The notes under the pieces: model-generated
The model's input: the letters and a program-made list of their open reading frames with translations, nothing else
Database searches by the model: none
What the model was told of the DNA's origin: nothing
From: Psammoneis japonica
Lineage: Eukaryota
Reading direction: 5' to 3'
Assembly: GCA_008632985.1 (NCBI GenBank)
Contig: QPGO01000045.1
Location: 372,001 to 436,000 of the forward strand
DNA length: 64,000 bases
Made by a program: the position numbers and the translations under genes
Part shown: positions 38,800-51,399 of the stretch, piece by piece
Position numbering within the stretch: position 1 is the first letter of the stretch
How the letters are laid out: each line of letters starts with the position of its first letter

Positions 38800-41700
38800 A
38801 AAATCCAAGTGCATGTCCCAACCCGTCTCTGGCGGTGGATGCAGGGAAGACAAAGGAGTCTGCATGATTTTTGGCACACAATGTGGCTGTTCGATGATGA
38901 AAGCACCGCGTCCATGCACCCATGCCTGAAGCAACACAGATGCAAATGCGCTTCCTCTTGTTCGGTAAAGGCCAAGGCTCGTTGGCAGCACATGAATGAG
39001 GCATGCTCCCAAAGAAGCTTGCAACATCATTGTAATCTAGCTCAGAGACATCAAACAATTCAATGAGACTGCCGTGAACTTCATCATCAAATGTCAAGTC
39101 GCAACGGTCCGCACACCACAATCTCAGGAGAGACAACTTTTCCTTGTTGTTGGCACCATGCAGGTCTAGCAGGATGGCTTTGGCGCCCGTCATGGGATGG
39201 ATTTTGCTCAGAATGTCTTGGGGCACAGCGGCAACCTTGGTCAAGTCATCTGATGGGAGGAACATGCTGCACGTCATGGCTGCACCACTTTGGGGTGTGG
39301 CCCAGTTGTTGTTTAGAGCTGCCCCACAAAGAACTGCTTCAATGCTTGTCACTGAATTTCCAAGCACATGAAAGGACTGGAGCTTGAAGAAAAGATCTTC
39401 AGCCACAGAGCTGGAAGATCATCTTTGCAGCTTTGGCACAGAGCTCCCAGCACAATGCTTTGGTGGAGAAGCACCAAGATCACAAGCAAGAGCAGCAGCA
39501 GCAGCAGCAGCAGGCAGAAAGCAGCTCTGTGCATTGGAGCAGCATGCAGCCACAGCAACAACAAAAAGAAAAGATGAAAAAAGCAGAAGTTCAGCACAGG
39601 TGCACAGCATCTGAGGCAGCCAGAAATGATCTCCAGCATGCACCACCACAAGGTGGGTGGCAGCAGCAGAAGGAGGGTGACACCTGACAAGTGAATGTGT
39701 GCTTTCACTGATCTTGCCAACCTTCTTTTCACCTCACTCTTTGAAGTGAATCATCTGGTTTACATGAGCCACATTGTGGTTTCAGTGGGTGCCTGCCATG
39801 TTGCAAGAACACAGTCATTGAGAGCTTCAAGGCAAACCACAGCCACCAAAGAAACACCAGGACAAGCACGGCAAGCAGCAAAGGAAACCTCAGAGAACTC
39901 CCTTTTGGTGACACCAACTTGCCAGCTCAACATTCACTCCAAAGAGTGAGACAAAAAAGACAAACGCACATTGTTTGCTGGACAAGTGTCACACCAAATC
40001 TGCCATGTTGGGGTTTGAAGCATCTTCTCTTCAAGACATTTGCTTCTGGGTTTCTTGTGTGCATTCCTGCTCCTCACTCCAAGTGCCAGAAAATAAAGGC
40101 TTGCTTTTGTGAGAGAAAACAAAGGCTTGCTTTTTGTGAGAATGGCATGAACAAAGTCAAGAAGCACACAGAGAGAATTGAGCCAGCGCTTTGTGCAGCC
40201 TTGGCTCCAGGTGGTGCAGCTCAAGAGTGCACATCATCACACGCAGGTGCTGCTTGTGAGGCACCAAAAGAGCAGCAGCTGTGCTGGCCAGCTCCCAGCT
40301 GCAAGAGCTTGGCCTCTTGCACTGCCAACTCAGACCACAGTTGAAAAGCAAAATGCTTTGATCAACATGTGTGGTGTGGTGGCAGGAAGGAAGTGGGCAA
40401 GACAAGCTTGAAGTGGCCCCATGCTGCAAAAGAAGAAATGACACAACAGAGACACAAGAAACAAGCAATGGCTGACAATGTCAACTCTTTCTGCTTGGAA
40501 TGCCTTCACATTTTCTGTGTTCACTGTCCTCATTGCTTGCACCAGACTGGCGACATTTGTGCCACAAGAAGATCTGTCATCTCCTGCTTGCATGCTGCAC
40601 AGCGGCTGTTGCAAGCTGTGTTTGACCATCAATTGAGCAATGTGCTCATCTTTCTTGTGTGTGTTGCAACCTTGTCATGTCCTCCACCTCCACCATGTGT
40701 GCCGCTTGAAATTTGTGCCACACATGAGGAGCAATTGCTTGAAGGATGACCTTCCACATCAGCACTGTTGCCATGTGCAGCATCCCACTCTGTTTGATGA
40801 CATGCCCATTGGAGGAGTTCACGGGAACTTCCTAAAAAATTGATGAATTCCCTGCAATGGGCACGTGGAACTGTTTTTTAGAAGAGCTCAAAACTGCTGA
40901 AAAATTGGGATTGCCAGCATGGCAGGTTTAAAATTCACTCTGCTTTGTGCAAAGACAATTTGTCGTGAATGCACACAAAAAGTCACACTGAAAAAAATGT
41001 CAAACAATGAGTGAGTTTGTGTGGCATGCCCCATTTTGGCAGCAAATTGGACAAAAAAGAGTGTGCGCGCACCTTGCTGCAGCCCCAAAAATGGCATGAG
41101 CCATCAAATGCAATGGTCATCTGTGTCACCAGTGGCCCCGCTGCCCTGCCACTGCTGCACTGTCATTGGCCACTCAGTGGTTGGTGATTGCGCAGACTTT
41201 TTTTGTGATTGGCAGTCAGGCGTGTTGTTGGGTTGCAGCCGTTTGAAAGTGAATCCCATGCATTTTCAAATGGCATGGCATGGGCTCCTGTTCAGTGCAA
41301 ATGAATTGCTTGAATTCTAAGAATGGCCATTGAGGACATGAGATTTAATGGGGACTTCCTAAAAAATCAACAAATTCCCTGCAAAAAGCACGTGGAGCTG
41401 TTTTTCAGAAGAGCTTGAAACTGCTGAAATGTTGGGATTGCCGGCATGGCATGTTTGAAATTCACCCAGCTTTGCACAAAGATGATTTGTTGTGAGTTGC
41501 ACATGAAACAGTTGCATTGGAAAAAACATTGAACAACAAGTGAGTTTGTGCAATGCACTGTTTTGGTGGCAAATTGGACAAAAAAGAGTGTCCATCCATG
41601 CACCTCCTTGCTGCAGCCCCCAAAATGGGGCATGAGCCATCAAATGTGACAGTCATCTGTGTCACTGGCAGCCCTGACACCCTGCCGCTGCCACACTGTT

Positions 41701-43535
41701 GCTGCACTGCCCCCCCCCCTGCCTTGCAAGAGACGGGGCACACATTTGTTGGATTTGGTCAAGGAACATCTTGATCATTCAATGCATTGTCTTTGCAGTT
41801 GGCTGGCCATGGTTAAACCCATGTTCAAGTTGAGCATCAGAGAAGCAAAGCGTTTTGCTGCCAGAAGTGCAAGAGCCATTGCAAGCTTTTTTGGTGTGGC
41901 ATCACACTTGGGTGATGCTGATCTTGGCCAATTGCCACATGCTCTTGCTGCACTGCCAGTGTGCTGGGGGTGTGGGTTAGCTTGTTGCTGGAGTTGCAGA
42001 GCGGAAGCACAGCAGCACTTTAAAAAACAGATTTTGGGTTTTGTTCAATCACTGTGCTGCCCCAATGGCAGGGCCCTGCATGTGCATGCACTGTGTGATG
42101 GCAACAACCAATGCAGGCACCACACACAATGGCACACACCCACACCCACAAATTAACACAAGTGGTCAATGCTCCCCACAGGCCTGGTTTTGTGTCCGGC
42201 AGTCGGGCAGGTTGTTGGGATGTCGCCATTTGAAAGTGTGTCCCTTGCATTTTTGAGCCACATGGGCTGTTTGGTGCATGTGAATCACTCAAATTCTGAG
42301 AATGATCATTGAGAGCATTTGAGTTCATGGGGAATTCCAAAAAAATGACAAACTCCCTGCAACAGGCATGCAGGGCTGTTTTTCAGAAGAGCTCAAAACT
42401 GCTGAAAATTGGGATTGCCAATGGTGGCATGTTCAAACATTCACTCAGCTTTGCACAAAGACAATTTGTTGTGAGCTGCACATGAAACACTCACACTGGA
42501 AAAAACATGTTGAACAATGAGTGAGTTTGTGCAGTGCACTTTTTGGCAGCAAACCAGACAAAAAAGTGTTCGTGCATCTTGCTGCAGCCGCACAAAAAAA
42601 TGGCATGAGCCATCAAACACAACGCGGTTGTCCACATCGCTGGTGGCCCCGCCACCCCACACACTGCTGGCTGCCAGCACACTGCAGAATTGCCATGCAG
42701 CCCCAGTGACAGGGCCTTGTGCACGCATGCACTGTTTGACAGCAACAACCAATGCAGGCACTGTGGTGCAACAGCACACAAACATGACAACAAAAACAGA
42801 CAAGTGGTCAATGCTCCCCGCAGGCCTGGTTCATGCACACAAAAGATGTCAATTCTGTCCTGCATTCACCAACCTCCCTGACACATGCATTGACAGACTC
42901 TTCCACACAAATTCTGCACAAGATTTTTCAGCCAGCAGCTGGCTGGAGATGACTTCCCCCAGGTGCCATGCCGGCCAACATCTGTCGCAGCATTGCGCAT
43001 CATGCAGCAATCTCTTCATTCTCCTTCTGTCTCAGATCTGCTGAGGACATTGAGAAAAATGTCTTTTTCAGCATGTTGCACCACTTCTCACATGCATCGA
43101 AAGGCATGGGGGGGTCTTGCCCCGCTGCTGACTTCTTTGATTCCCGCTCCCAAATCGAGCGACATGTGACGTTGTTGGGCATCTCTGGAGGATGGACCCA
43201 GGTTGGAGGGGCAGTGGAACAATCCCTTTTGAAGTCAGAAACAAGATTCAGAGATTTGCGTTTGTCAATTGCATTGATGCTTGCTTCAAAAGTTGACATC
43301 TGCCGTGGCATTGCAGCTTCAAACTTGACACGTGAGGATGTCTGGGCACCAGCAGCACACTCCCTGGACATTGAACTTGACTGGTGCGAGACTTCAGTGA
43401 TTGGTGTGACAGGAAACACTCTTTGTCTGTCACTCTGGCATTTGAAGCTTGTCGTTGAAAGGGAGCGAGCACCTTTTGTTGCATCATTGAACACAACAGG
43501 AGGATGTCCTTTCGGCAGGGCATGGACAGGCAGGT
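38800..43535. other. TpA/CpG-depleted tract D
   Basis: No TA seen from ~42160 to ~43534, then an abrupt switch to TA-rich sequence (CGTATATATTTTAATGTTATACG) from ~43570. Confidence 0.9.
40815..42850. repeat. Three diverged direct copies of a ~330-530 bp unit (starts ~40815, ~41345, ~42322), with extra shared segments at ~42070 and ~42710
   Basis: GAAGAGCT..AAACTGCTGAAA..TTGGGATTGCC, GTGAGTTTGTG, GACAAAAAAG and GGCATGAGCCATCAAA occur in all three copies. Confidence 0.9.
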
Positions 43536-44207
43536 AAAGGATGTGATGTTTTTCGTGCGCCCGTCGTCTCCTAATTACCGTATATATTTTAATGTTATAC
43601 GAATTAATTATATACTACTACTACTAGACGTTAAGTGGAAGCCAGAGTATGTAGCATGTACTGTACAGCATACTGTAACATACTTTTAATGTGTCACGGC
43701 GCTACTCCAACAGATATGCTCCTCTTATTTTATAAGCTCAGAATTCTGTATACCCGAATAATATTTTCTTTTAAGAAAGAGACGTTGAATCAATTATGCC
43801 GCCCGGCGCGTCAATCCCAACCGCCACTTCTTTTTCTTTTTTTGAAAAAATGAGATGCAACGGGAAGAAAATCGATCCAAACATACCGTACCGTACCAAC
43901 ATACCGCTGATCAAAAAGCACCGCAAGCGCAAAGAGACGCCATTTTCATTGACAGCGAATACCGGTAGGGGACCTACTCTAAAAGAGACGATCGCCTTCA
44001 AGAATCATGCGATTTTCAACGTGGCTGCTCGTCATGGCGGGATGCATAAGTGAAGTGAACAGTTCAAAAGCAAGCATGAGCAGATCAACGTTGGCTGGAA
44101 GGAGCCAAATGGATTTTCACCGGGCTCGATCGCTGCAGACCTTCAGTAGTTTTAGTATTTCAAGATCGTGAGTAATCTAAACTGCAGCTTTTGCATTCTG
44201 AAGAAAC

Positions 44208-47152
44208 ATGTCATCCCTCACCACGGACATTTCGCATGTTCCTCTCCCGCTCGATTCTCTCTTACGAAGCGCGAGTCTTACTGACATCAGATTCGCGGAT
44301 AAAGATACTCCGACACCCTCGTCTAGCCCAGTTGAGACAGAGCCTGATACAACCTCCAACCCCACAAAGAAACCATGCAACCCACAACCGACGGTTTCGC
44401 CAGCAACTTCGCCAACACCCGCAGGTACTCCGGCAGTCCCATCTACTCCCGTTGTGACAGAGTTTGACGAAACCTTTGAACCTTCTACGATATCGTCGAA
44501 GCCACCCTCTATTTCTACGCCTTCTTCTCCTCCGTCAGTCTCATCTACTCCCGTTGTGACAGAGTTTGACGGTACCTCAGAGCCTACTACGACACCGTCG
44601 AAGCAGCCATCTGTTGCCACAACCTCTTCGACGACTCCGACAAGTCCAGCAAACCCATCATCAGTGCCAACACCCACGGATACCCCGATTGCCTCATCTA
44701 CTCCAATTGTGACAGAGTCTGAGGCAACCTTTGAACCTACTACGACACCATCGAAGCTGCCATCTGCTTCCACGCCATCTTCTCTGATTCCTACAAGTCC
44801 AACCAATCCACCAACAGCTCCAACACCCAACGACCGGGATCCTTCCATCCTAACTCCTACTCCTACAGACTGTAACAGTGAACGATGTAATGATCCGGGA
44901 GACGGGGACACAGATGACTTGGTCGTGAATTGTGTCGAAACTGTTGAAACAGCACACCTTATCACAAAGACGTTGATGTTCAAATATACCGTAGACTTCG
45001 ACTTGGTACACCAGTTGCACTTGCTTGCTTTCATTGCCTCTGTTAAAGCAATGGTACTACGCCATCTCAAAGATTCCGATCTTTGTGTGGGTTCCAATGG
45101 GATACCGCAGATTGTGTCTCTTTTGGGCTCCCCACCCGATATGCCAATAGGAGGTAAGTGCCTGAGTATCTGTGTGTACTGTAAGAAAAGGTTCTTCTTC
45201 ATTGTAGTAAAGCTAATATCTCCGTTGGCCTATTTATGGAACTGCGTGAAGAATGCGGTGAAAGGTGCCATGAGATACAAGGAGCCATGACAGTGACATC
45301 CTTCGATGGAGCTGCATTTGATGCGCTTCTATGCAGAATTTTGGAAATCATTCAAGAGGATTTTCGTGAATTTAATGGAATCACGTATCTCTATGCAGAT
45401 ATGAATTGTAATCAAGGTGACACGGACCTTACAGAACCACCTTCGACGGCAACTCCTACCTATTTAACTTTGGGAGGTGGACAAACGGCTCCTCCTTCAC
45501 CACACCCAACTCTGGAAACAAGGACGCTACCACCATACTATCTAACTCCCTCTGATGTTAGAACAATGAACCCAACCCAACAAAGTGAAAAGAGTTCTAC
45601 AACAACGGAACCGACAAGTGCCCAGAGCTCGTTGTCTCCGGAGGCACACTCCTCTACAGCTGCTCCAACCGTTCAACCTACTGAGAAACCGGTTGATAGA
45701 TTTTCTTCCGCTCCAATAGCAGCAAGGACTCTGGCTCCAACTAAACTGGGATCCCCTTCAACAACTACGCCAAATACCCCTACGATTAGTCCTACAGGCT
45801 CATCCAGTGCGCATGACGAGGCAATTTTCCCGTCCACGTCGGTTCCGTCTGGTTCACCTGGACCTACCACACACTATTTCACTCCATCCTTAACCCCGGC
45901 TGAAACTGTGTCGCCTGATCCTTCAACTCCCTCACCAACGTCACTGAATGGCTCAGATGGCGATTTTTACACCGATGGGGTTACCTCCGAAATCACTTGC
46001 CTCAATGCTCTTGTCAACGAGACAGAGTCCGTGCCATTGAACTTTACTTACAATCTTATGGTAGACATGAGCAACGAGCATGATGTGTACGTGGCTTTGC
46101 TCGTCATTGATTTAGCAATAATGGAGAATCTCAACAAGATTGGAATATGTTCAAGCAGAAGACAACTTAATTCCGTCACGAAGTATCATCGAAAGAACCG
46201 ACGTTTGATGGATGGTTTGGTCAAGGTATCGTCGATGCCCCTAGACGAAATTTCAGGCGGTAAGTTGAAAATTGCAAGAGATATGATTAGGAAGTGTTGT
46301 ACCGCATTTCAATTTATTGCTGTAGTTCTCACCTTGTCTTTGTCAACATTAGACTGTGGGTCCAACTGTACGTTGATTGACGGCAGTATGACCTTAATAA
46401 AGTTGAAGGGTGCAACTGAAATGGAGTTAACAAAATGCAAAGTACTGGACGCGATTATTTTTACCATGGATGAGATGCCGAATGCCAACTTGATATCTTC
46501 GGAAATAGAGTGCAACAAACACCAGACAGAAAGTAACGGTGTCGACGGCGTGACTGAAAGCGAAGACAAAAGCAGTGATCGCTTCCCTGTATCTGCTTTT
46601 GTTGGAATTACTGTTGGTAGCGCACTTGTCTTGGTACTTGCCGTCTTTGCGGCGGCGCGTAGAAGGAACCGTCGTGATTTTGATAGTCTTTCTGACATCG
46701 GAAGCGGCTCTTGTGACTCGCAACAAGACGAATCTGTTGGTCAATCCTCATATTCAACCTTCAAGTCTCCGGGTAGTAGTGTTACGCCATTCTCTGTTGA
46801 TAGTGATGGAGCATGTGTTGCCAGGCCTGGCGACGAACAGAGTAGTTTGTCATTGCCAGAGGATTACGTCGGTAGCCCGGGATCCCGCGACGACGATTGG
46901 AAAAATCTATTATTTTCGCCAAACGGCTTGAAAATGTCACGATCCCTGTTTTCGCCGCGATCGCAGAAAGAAGAGCGTCCCCAAATTGAATGCTCTGATG
47001 CCGAACTAGTAGACTTCTTCCCATCGCAACCAAAGGACCCAGTCGAGCTCATGCAAACAATTCATGAAGATACAATACTGGGTGGCTCTGTCTCTGGACA
47101 GTCACACAATAGCGATGATCTAGTCGGTGAGAGGATTGGTGAAGCCGCGTAA
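44208..47152 (+). CDS. Type I membrane, Ser/Thr/Pro-rich (mucin-like) protein with two related Cys-containing domains; introns ~45154-45251 and 46260-46352; true start uncertain
   Basis: Long clean ORFs 44208-45290 and 45236-47152. Phase-1 GTAAGT donors at 45154 and 46260 with CTAAT/CTCAC branch sites; splicing gives PIG|ECGERC and ISG|DCGSNC. TM helix AFVGITVGSALVLVLAVFAAA is followed by RRRNRR. Three internal STPxVTExxxTxEPxT repeats. Confidence 0.8.
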
Positions 47153-47889
47153 CAAGGCAAACAGCAGCCTACCTTGAGACGGTGACAGAACAATTAATAA
47201 ATCTAGAGGTATCCGTTAAAATATTACCGGTACTGAAGTAATATCTCATGTCGTCATGCCCCCCGCTCGTCGACCCCTCTCTACTCTACGGTGCACTCTA
47301 GCTCGAGGACACGAAGCGTTCAAAGTGCCGTACTCGATTTCCGATGTCTTGATCTAACCTGCAACTTTGATCAGAGGTAAAAATAAATAATGCTCAATAC
47401 TGTGATGCCTTCACTTTCAGATTACTACCCCCTCCTCCATTGGCGGTTTTGAATGCTCTGGGAGACAGGCTGCTGCTCACGACACTTGCTGCGCTGGACT
47501 GAAAGCCATCACCAAGCCTGCAAATTCCGGCGGCAATCACCAGTCAGTTTATGGATTAGTACTTGATGGAGACTGTAGTCTGAGTTCCCACCGTCATGCT
47601 CAAAATAGATGCAGAAAGCGCTTGAAGCTTCTGGATGAAACCGAATTGCGAGTGTAGTAATGAGGAGAATTCTAATTGGAGACTGCTGCGGGACGAGTTA
47701 TAGGGATGGTCATCAAAGGATGCAAAAGCTTGAGCTATGGAAGCTCTCTCGAAGGGCGTCTGTTGTACGGTAGTATTTATCGAGTTTTGTTCCATGTCCA
47801 CATACGTGACCGAAATAGATTGTGAAGAGGGCTGGAGACGGCACCAGCGCTCATGGTGGCGATGATGGCATAGAAAAGGCTGTGAAGTT

Positions 47890-48780
47890 GGCACTGTAGT
47901 GAGAGAGTGAACTTGCCCCCATGATTATTCCATCATGCTGTGGCAATTGAGAGTCAGTTAAACCCTCGGTTTCAATGGCTGCTTGTATAAGTTCCAATGC
48001 CTGAAATGCTCCGGTTGTTGATACCGATCGCGATATCGTTTTGCCCAGAAGCTCGAATCGGCGAAACGAGTGCTGAGTCCAACGTCTTTTTCATTGTAAG
48101 TACTGGTAGAGTACTTTCCACTAAGCATGCCTCCCGCCAATGGATTGTAGGCATAAAAGTGAATATTACATTTTCTCAGAGCCGGAAAGAGGTCCTTCTC
48201 GACTTGTCGTGTAATGGCGTTGTACATTCCTTGATAGTCTAGACTGTCGGCACAATGTATCCATCTCGAGACGACATGTAGAAATGAATATAGACTGTTC
48301 CCCGCGTGGTAGAGTTGGAAAGACCAAGCGACGGAATTTCCCTTCGGCACTTATGGATTGTACTTGTTCCAACGTTTCTTCAATCGGGTGGTTCACATCA
48401 GGCGCGTGCAAATAAAACAAGTCGACACTCTCTCTCTTGAAGAGAGGCCAGGGATGATTCCAGCTGTAATCGAACACCGGTACGAGATAAACTCTTGTCG
48501 GGAATAAAGGGGGTTGCCTTTGTAGCAACCAAACACTTCGAGAGCGACTTGTTTTCTTTCAGAACGTTGAACGTGTCCCAAGGTTTCTCCTGTCTTTCCT
48601 CCCTGATAGACTACTGCACATGATTGCTGTATCCTACAATTAGAGACATGGTGTCGCCGTGAGAAAACAGTCAAATGCTATAAATAAAACACGATTGTTC
48701 TTACCAGCATGGGACTAGATCCAACGGCGCTCGACCACTGAGTGTTGTTGCAGAAATCGTCCATCATCATGCGTGTCTCC
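47890..48780 (-). pseudogene. Aldo-keto reductase, AKR7 (aflatoxin B1 aldehyde reductase)-like, frameshifted
   Basis: DTAIM, YQGGKTGETLG, SVDLFYLHAPDVNHPIEETL, YQGMYNAITRQVEKDLFPALRKCNIHFYAYNPLAGGMLSGKY, YRDRY and DGIIMGASSL are spread over several frames. A GTAAGA...TAG intron (~48705-48634) appears to be retained. Confidence 0.85.
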
Positions 48781-48877
48781 CGTCTTGGAGGAGTCTATGG
48801 ATCTCGTGTCTTCGGTCTCAGTATGTTTTGTTGTGTTGTCGTCGGTGTTATCCACCAAAAGTGGAACGGTTGCTTCT

Positions 48878-48975
48878 CTACTCTCTACTCTACTGTACTC
48901 TCTCTAGGTAGAGCTTCGCTACTAGAGCTACTCTACTACTTCTACTAGAGCTACTGTAGAGTAGTAGTAGAGAGT
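48878..48975. repeat. CTA/TAG-rich low-complexity tract
   Basis: CTACTCTCTACTCTACTGTACT...ACTAGAGCTACTCTACTACTTCTACTAGAGCTACTGTAGAGTAGTAGTAG. Confidence 0.8.
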
Positions 48976-49099
48976 ATTATTGGTGTTCCACGAAAAAGTG
49001 CAAGTTGCACACACATGAAGTCAACAAATCCTTTTATCTCCCGGCATTGACGTTCATTCGAGGCAATCCGCAGGTTTCCAATAACTGCATTTGGATCCT

Positions 49100-49890
49100 T
49101 GTCATTTCAGACACAGGGTCTTTTAGAAGCGTCCTGTGGCTGAGAAGTAAACAGAACATGCCAATTGGTATCTTTACGACTAGATTCAACATCGCAACGA
49201 CGCAAAACGTACCTCGACATTACTCGGCACAAGTGTCTGGAATGGCGAACCGCTAGTTTGTTGTACGAGATCCAGAGTTTGAAACCATGGGCTCTACTTA
49301 TATTTTCTCGCCTTTTCAGTGACTCCGCCACCTCCCACGGGTGTCAAAAAGTAAAAATAATAGCAGGAGTACCCTCGAGTACCTTGAGCAAATTGGGAAG
49401 AGTAAAACAAAGCCGCGGATCCTTTAAAACCCAAGGTCTGTTTCGTGCCATGTTGTAAGTAATGGAAAAGGGCTTTATTCAAGTGCTGTCGTGTTTCCAA
49501 GGGACAAGCTTGTGGTGGAAGACATGATTTATTTTGTCACGTCGAAGGCGTCTGGGGAACTATGGTATCCCATGAAACGTGCTGTTGTTGTAGCCACGCG
49601 TCATTTTGCACGACAACGTTGATATTCTCAAAATACCCACGGGGGTTGGAAGCATCCCGCTCAAGTTGGGATCCTGGACATTTAAAGGACATGCCCTTGA
49701 CCACAAACCAGCCAAGAGAGACGATCCAGTACGGTGCATGCTCAAAACAACCACGCCGGGGACCATGTCGTGTTTGGGTACTGACTTTGTATTGTTGTAG
49801 GACGTGAATTCAAAGGCGTCTGACAATTTCTTCTCACCCTGAACAACTCTGGATGATGTAGAAGCCATATTATTCGTGATAGACTTCATC
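49100..49890 (-). pseudogene. Sulfotransferase-family (P-loop-like) protein, frameshifted
   Basis: VVVLSMHRTGSSLLAGL, NPRGYFENINVV..ND, PWVLKDPRLCFTLP and HPWEVAESLKRRE...KLWISYN lie in different frames, with a stop. Confidence 0.7.
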
Positions 49891-50382
49891 GAAGGTACTG
49901 TTTGTTCCTTTTGTAATTACAAGTGATGAGATGTAAGGAATGAGGCGACAGAATCATCTCTCGTTCAACGACATGGTAAACTTCATGAAAAGAAAAGAGA
50001 GTATACACTCACCTTAATGAATCTCGGTACAATCCAAATCAAAGCAAGGTAATTACCAAGGGCAACACTCCAGAGAAACAGAATCAAAACTACGCCGATC
50101 CAACACTTCTTACTTGCTGGTTTGGTCGACGTCGAAGTCGGTCTATTCTTTCACGTTGTCTCATGGTGTGACGTTAGTGTTCTGGAACATGGCAACAACG
50201 GTTCAAGTAAGGGCATTGCGTTGCCTTAGACGAGCTAGAGATGTACTCCGCTTTCTGTGGATAAGGACGAGCGGCCGACTTGGACTCGTCATGGCAGAGG
50301 GATAGTGATTGCTAAAAAGACGATAACGATGACGACGAGCGTCCGTCCTTCTCCTGCATCATGACGTCATTGGACCAATACC

Positions 50383-50433
50383 AGGAACCCGGATCCAACA
50401 TTTTTTTCAAAAAAATGTTGGATCCGGGTTCCT
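50383..50433. repeat. Perfect inverted repeat, 25-bp arms and 1-nt spacer
   Basis: AGGAACCCGGATCCAACATTTTTTT-C-AAAAAAATGTTGGATCCGGGTTCCT. Confidence 0.97.
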
Positions 50434-50788
50434 TATGAGTTCCTTAATCATAACTAGAATTGTATATTTTTTATACTTGATTCTTAGATAAAGTTGGGTA
50501 TGCATGACCGAGCGCGCGCGAAGAGTCATGCTTTTTTCGTCTGCCCGTGTGTCTTCGCTTTTACCCCCCGCCCCGCCCACGCGGCGCTACTACTGTAAAA
50601 TGGCTAAGGTTTATGGGTGGGGACGCCATAAATCACGTAGAGACAAATTTTCTTGGATCGAAACGAGAGTTACCTTAGTCGATAGAGGGAGTTACGGCGG
50701 TCTTAAAATGGGGGGTAACTTTTTCATTTGCCTTGTATTCGTCGATAACGAGATCGATGAAGTGACCGCCATTTTCCTGTGCTTTGCC

Positions 50789-51131
50789 GCGTAATCACGA
50801 CTGAAAATATTTCGATTTTTCGAAAATCCTACCGTTACTCGTTTGTAGTTTTGGAATGTTACTGCAACTTTTATCATGCAAATACTGGCCAATATCAAAA
50901 GTAGAGGCTCTCACGTCTCTAATAATATATCTACCAAGTCACCTGACTCCGTAGTTGGAAAGAACGTGAAATAGCACTTTTGTCGCTTTTGCCGTACTTC
51001 ACCGTGTAGTCACGACTGAAAATCCTCGATGACTCGTTTGTAGTTTTGGAATGTTATTGCGACTATTATGACACCAAAAGTGACCGACATCAATTGTAGA
51101 GTCTCTCACGTCTCTAACAATGTGTCTACCA
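50789..51131. repeat. Imperfect direct repeat of ~130-145 bp
   Basis: TCACGACTGAAAAT...ACTCGTTTGTAGTTTTGGAATGTTA...CTCTCACGTCTCTAA occurs at ~50790 and ~51005. Confidence 0.85.
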
Positions 51132-51399
51132 CTGCATTGTCGCTCCAGTTGCAGAGAACGATTAACAGTATCTTTCTTGGTTTTCCCGCACTTCACCGTG
51201 TAAATATCTGCCGAGTGGCAATGCACGCCCTTTTCGCGATGAAACTATGCTCTCATTTCAAAGTACAATGAGCTCTACCTTCTTATTCTTTCTACTTGTC
51301 TATTCAGGACATCATTCTTTGTAGCTTCTGACACTGGTACCGGTAGAGGCGATTCGATGGCAGGTTTGGAGATCACTTTGTCACAAGAGAATGCAAGGC

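Noticed and set aside
13300..43500. Hundreds of overlapping Cys/His/Gln/Trp-rich ORFs in the TA-poor tracts as real (e.g. metal-binding) proteins
   Set aside because: They occur in all six frames and lack Tyr. They are the expected by-product of losing TAA/TAG stops and gaining TG/CA.
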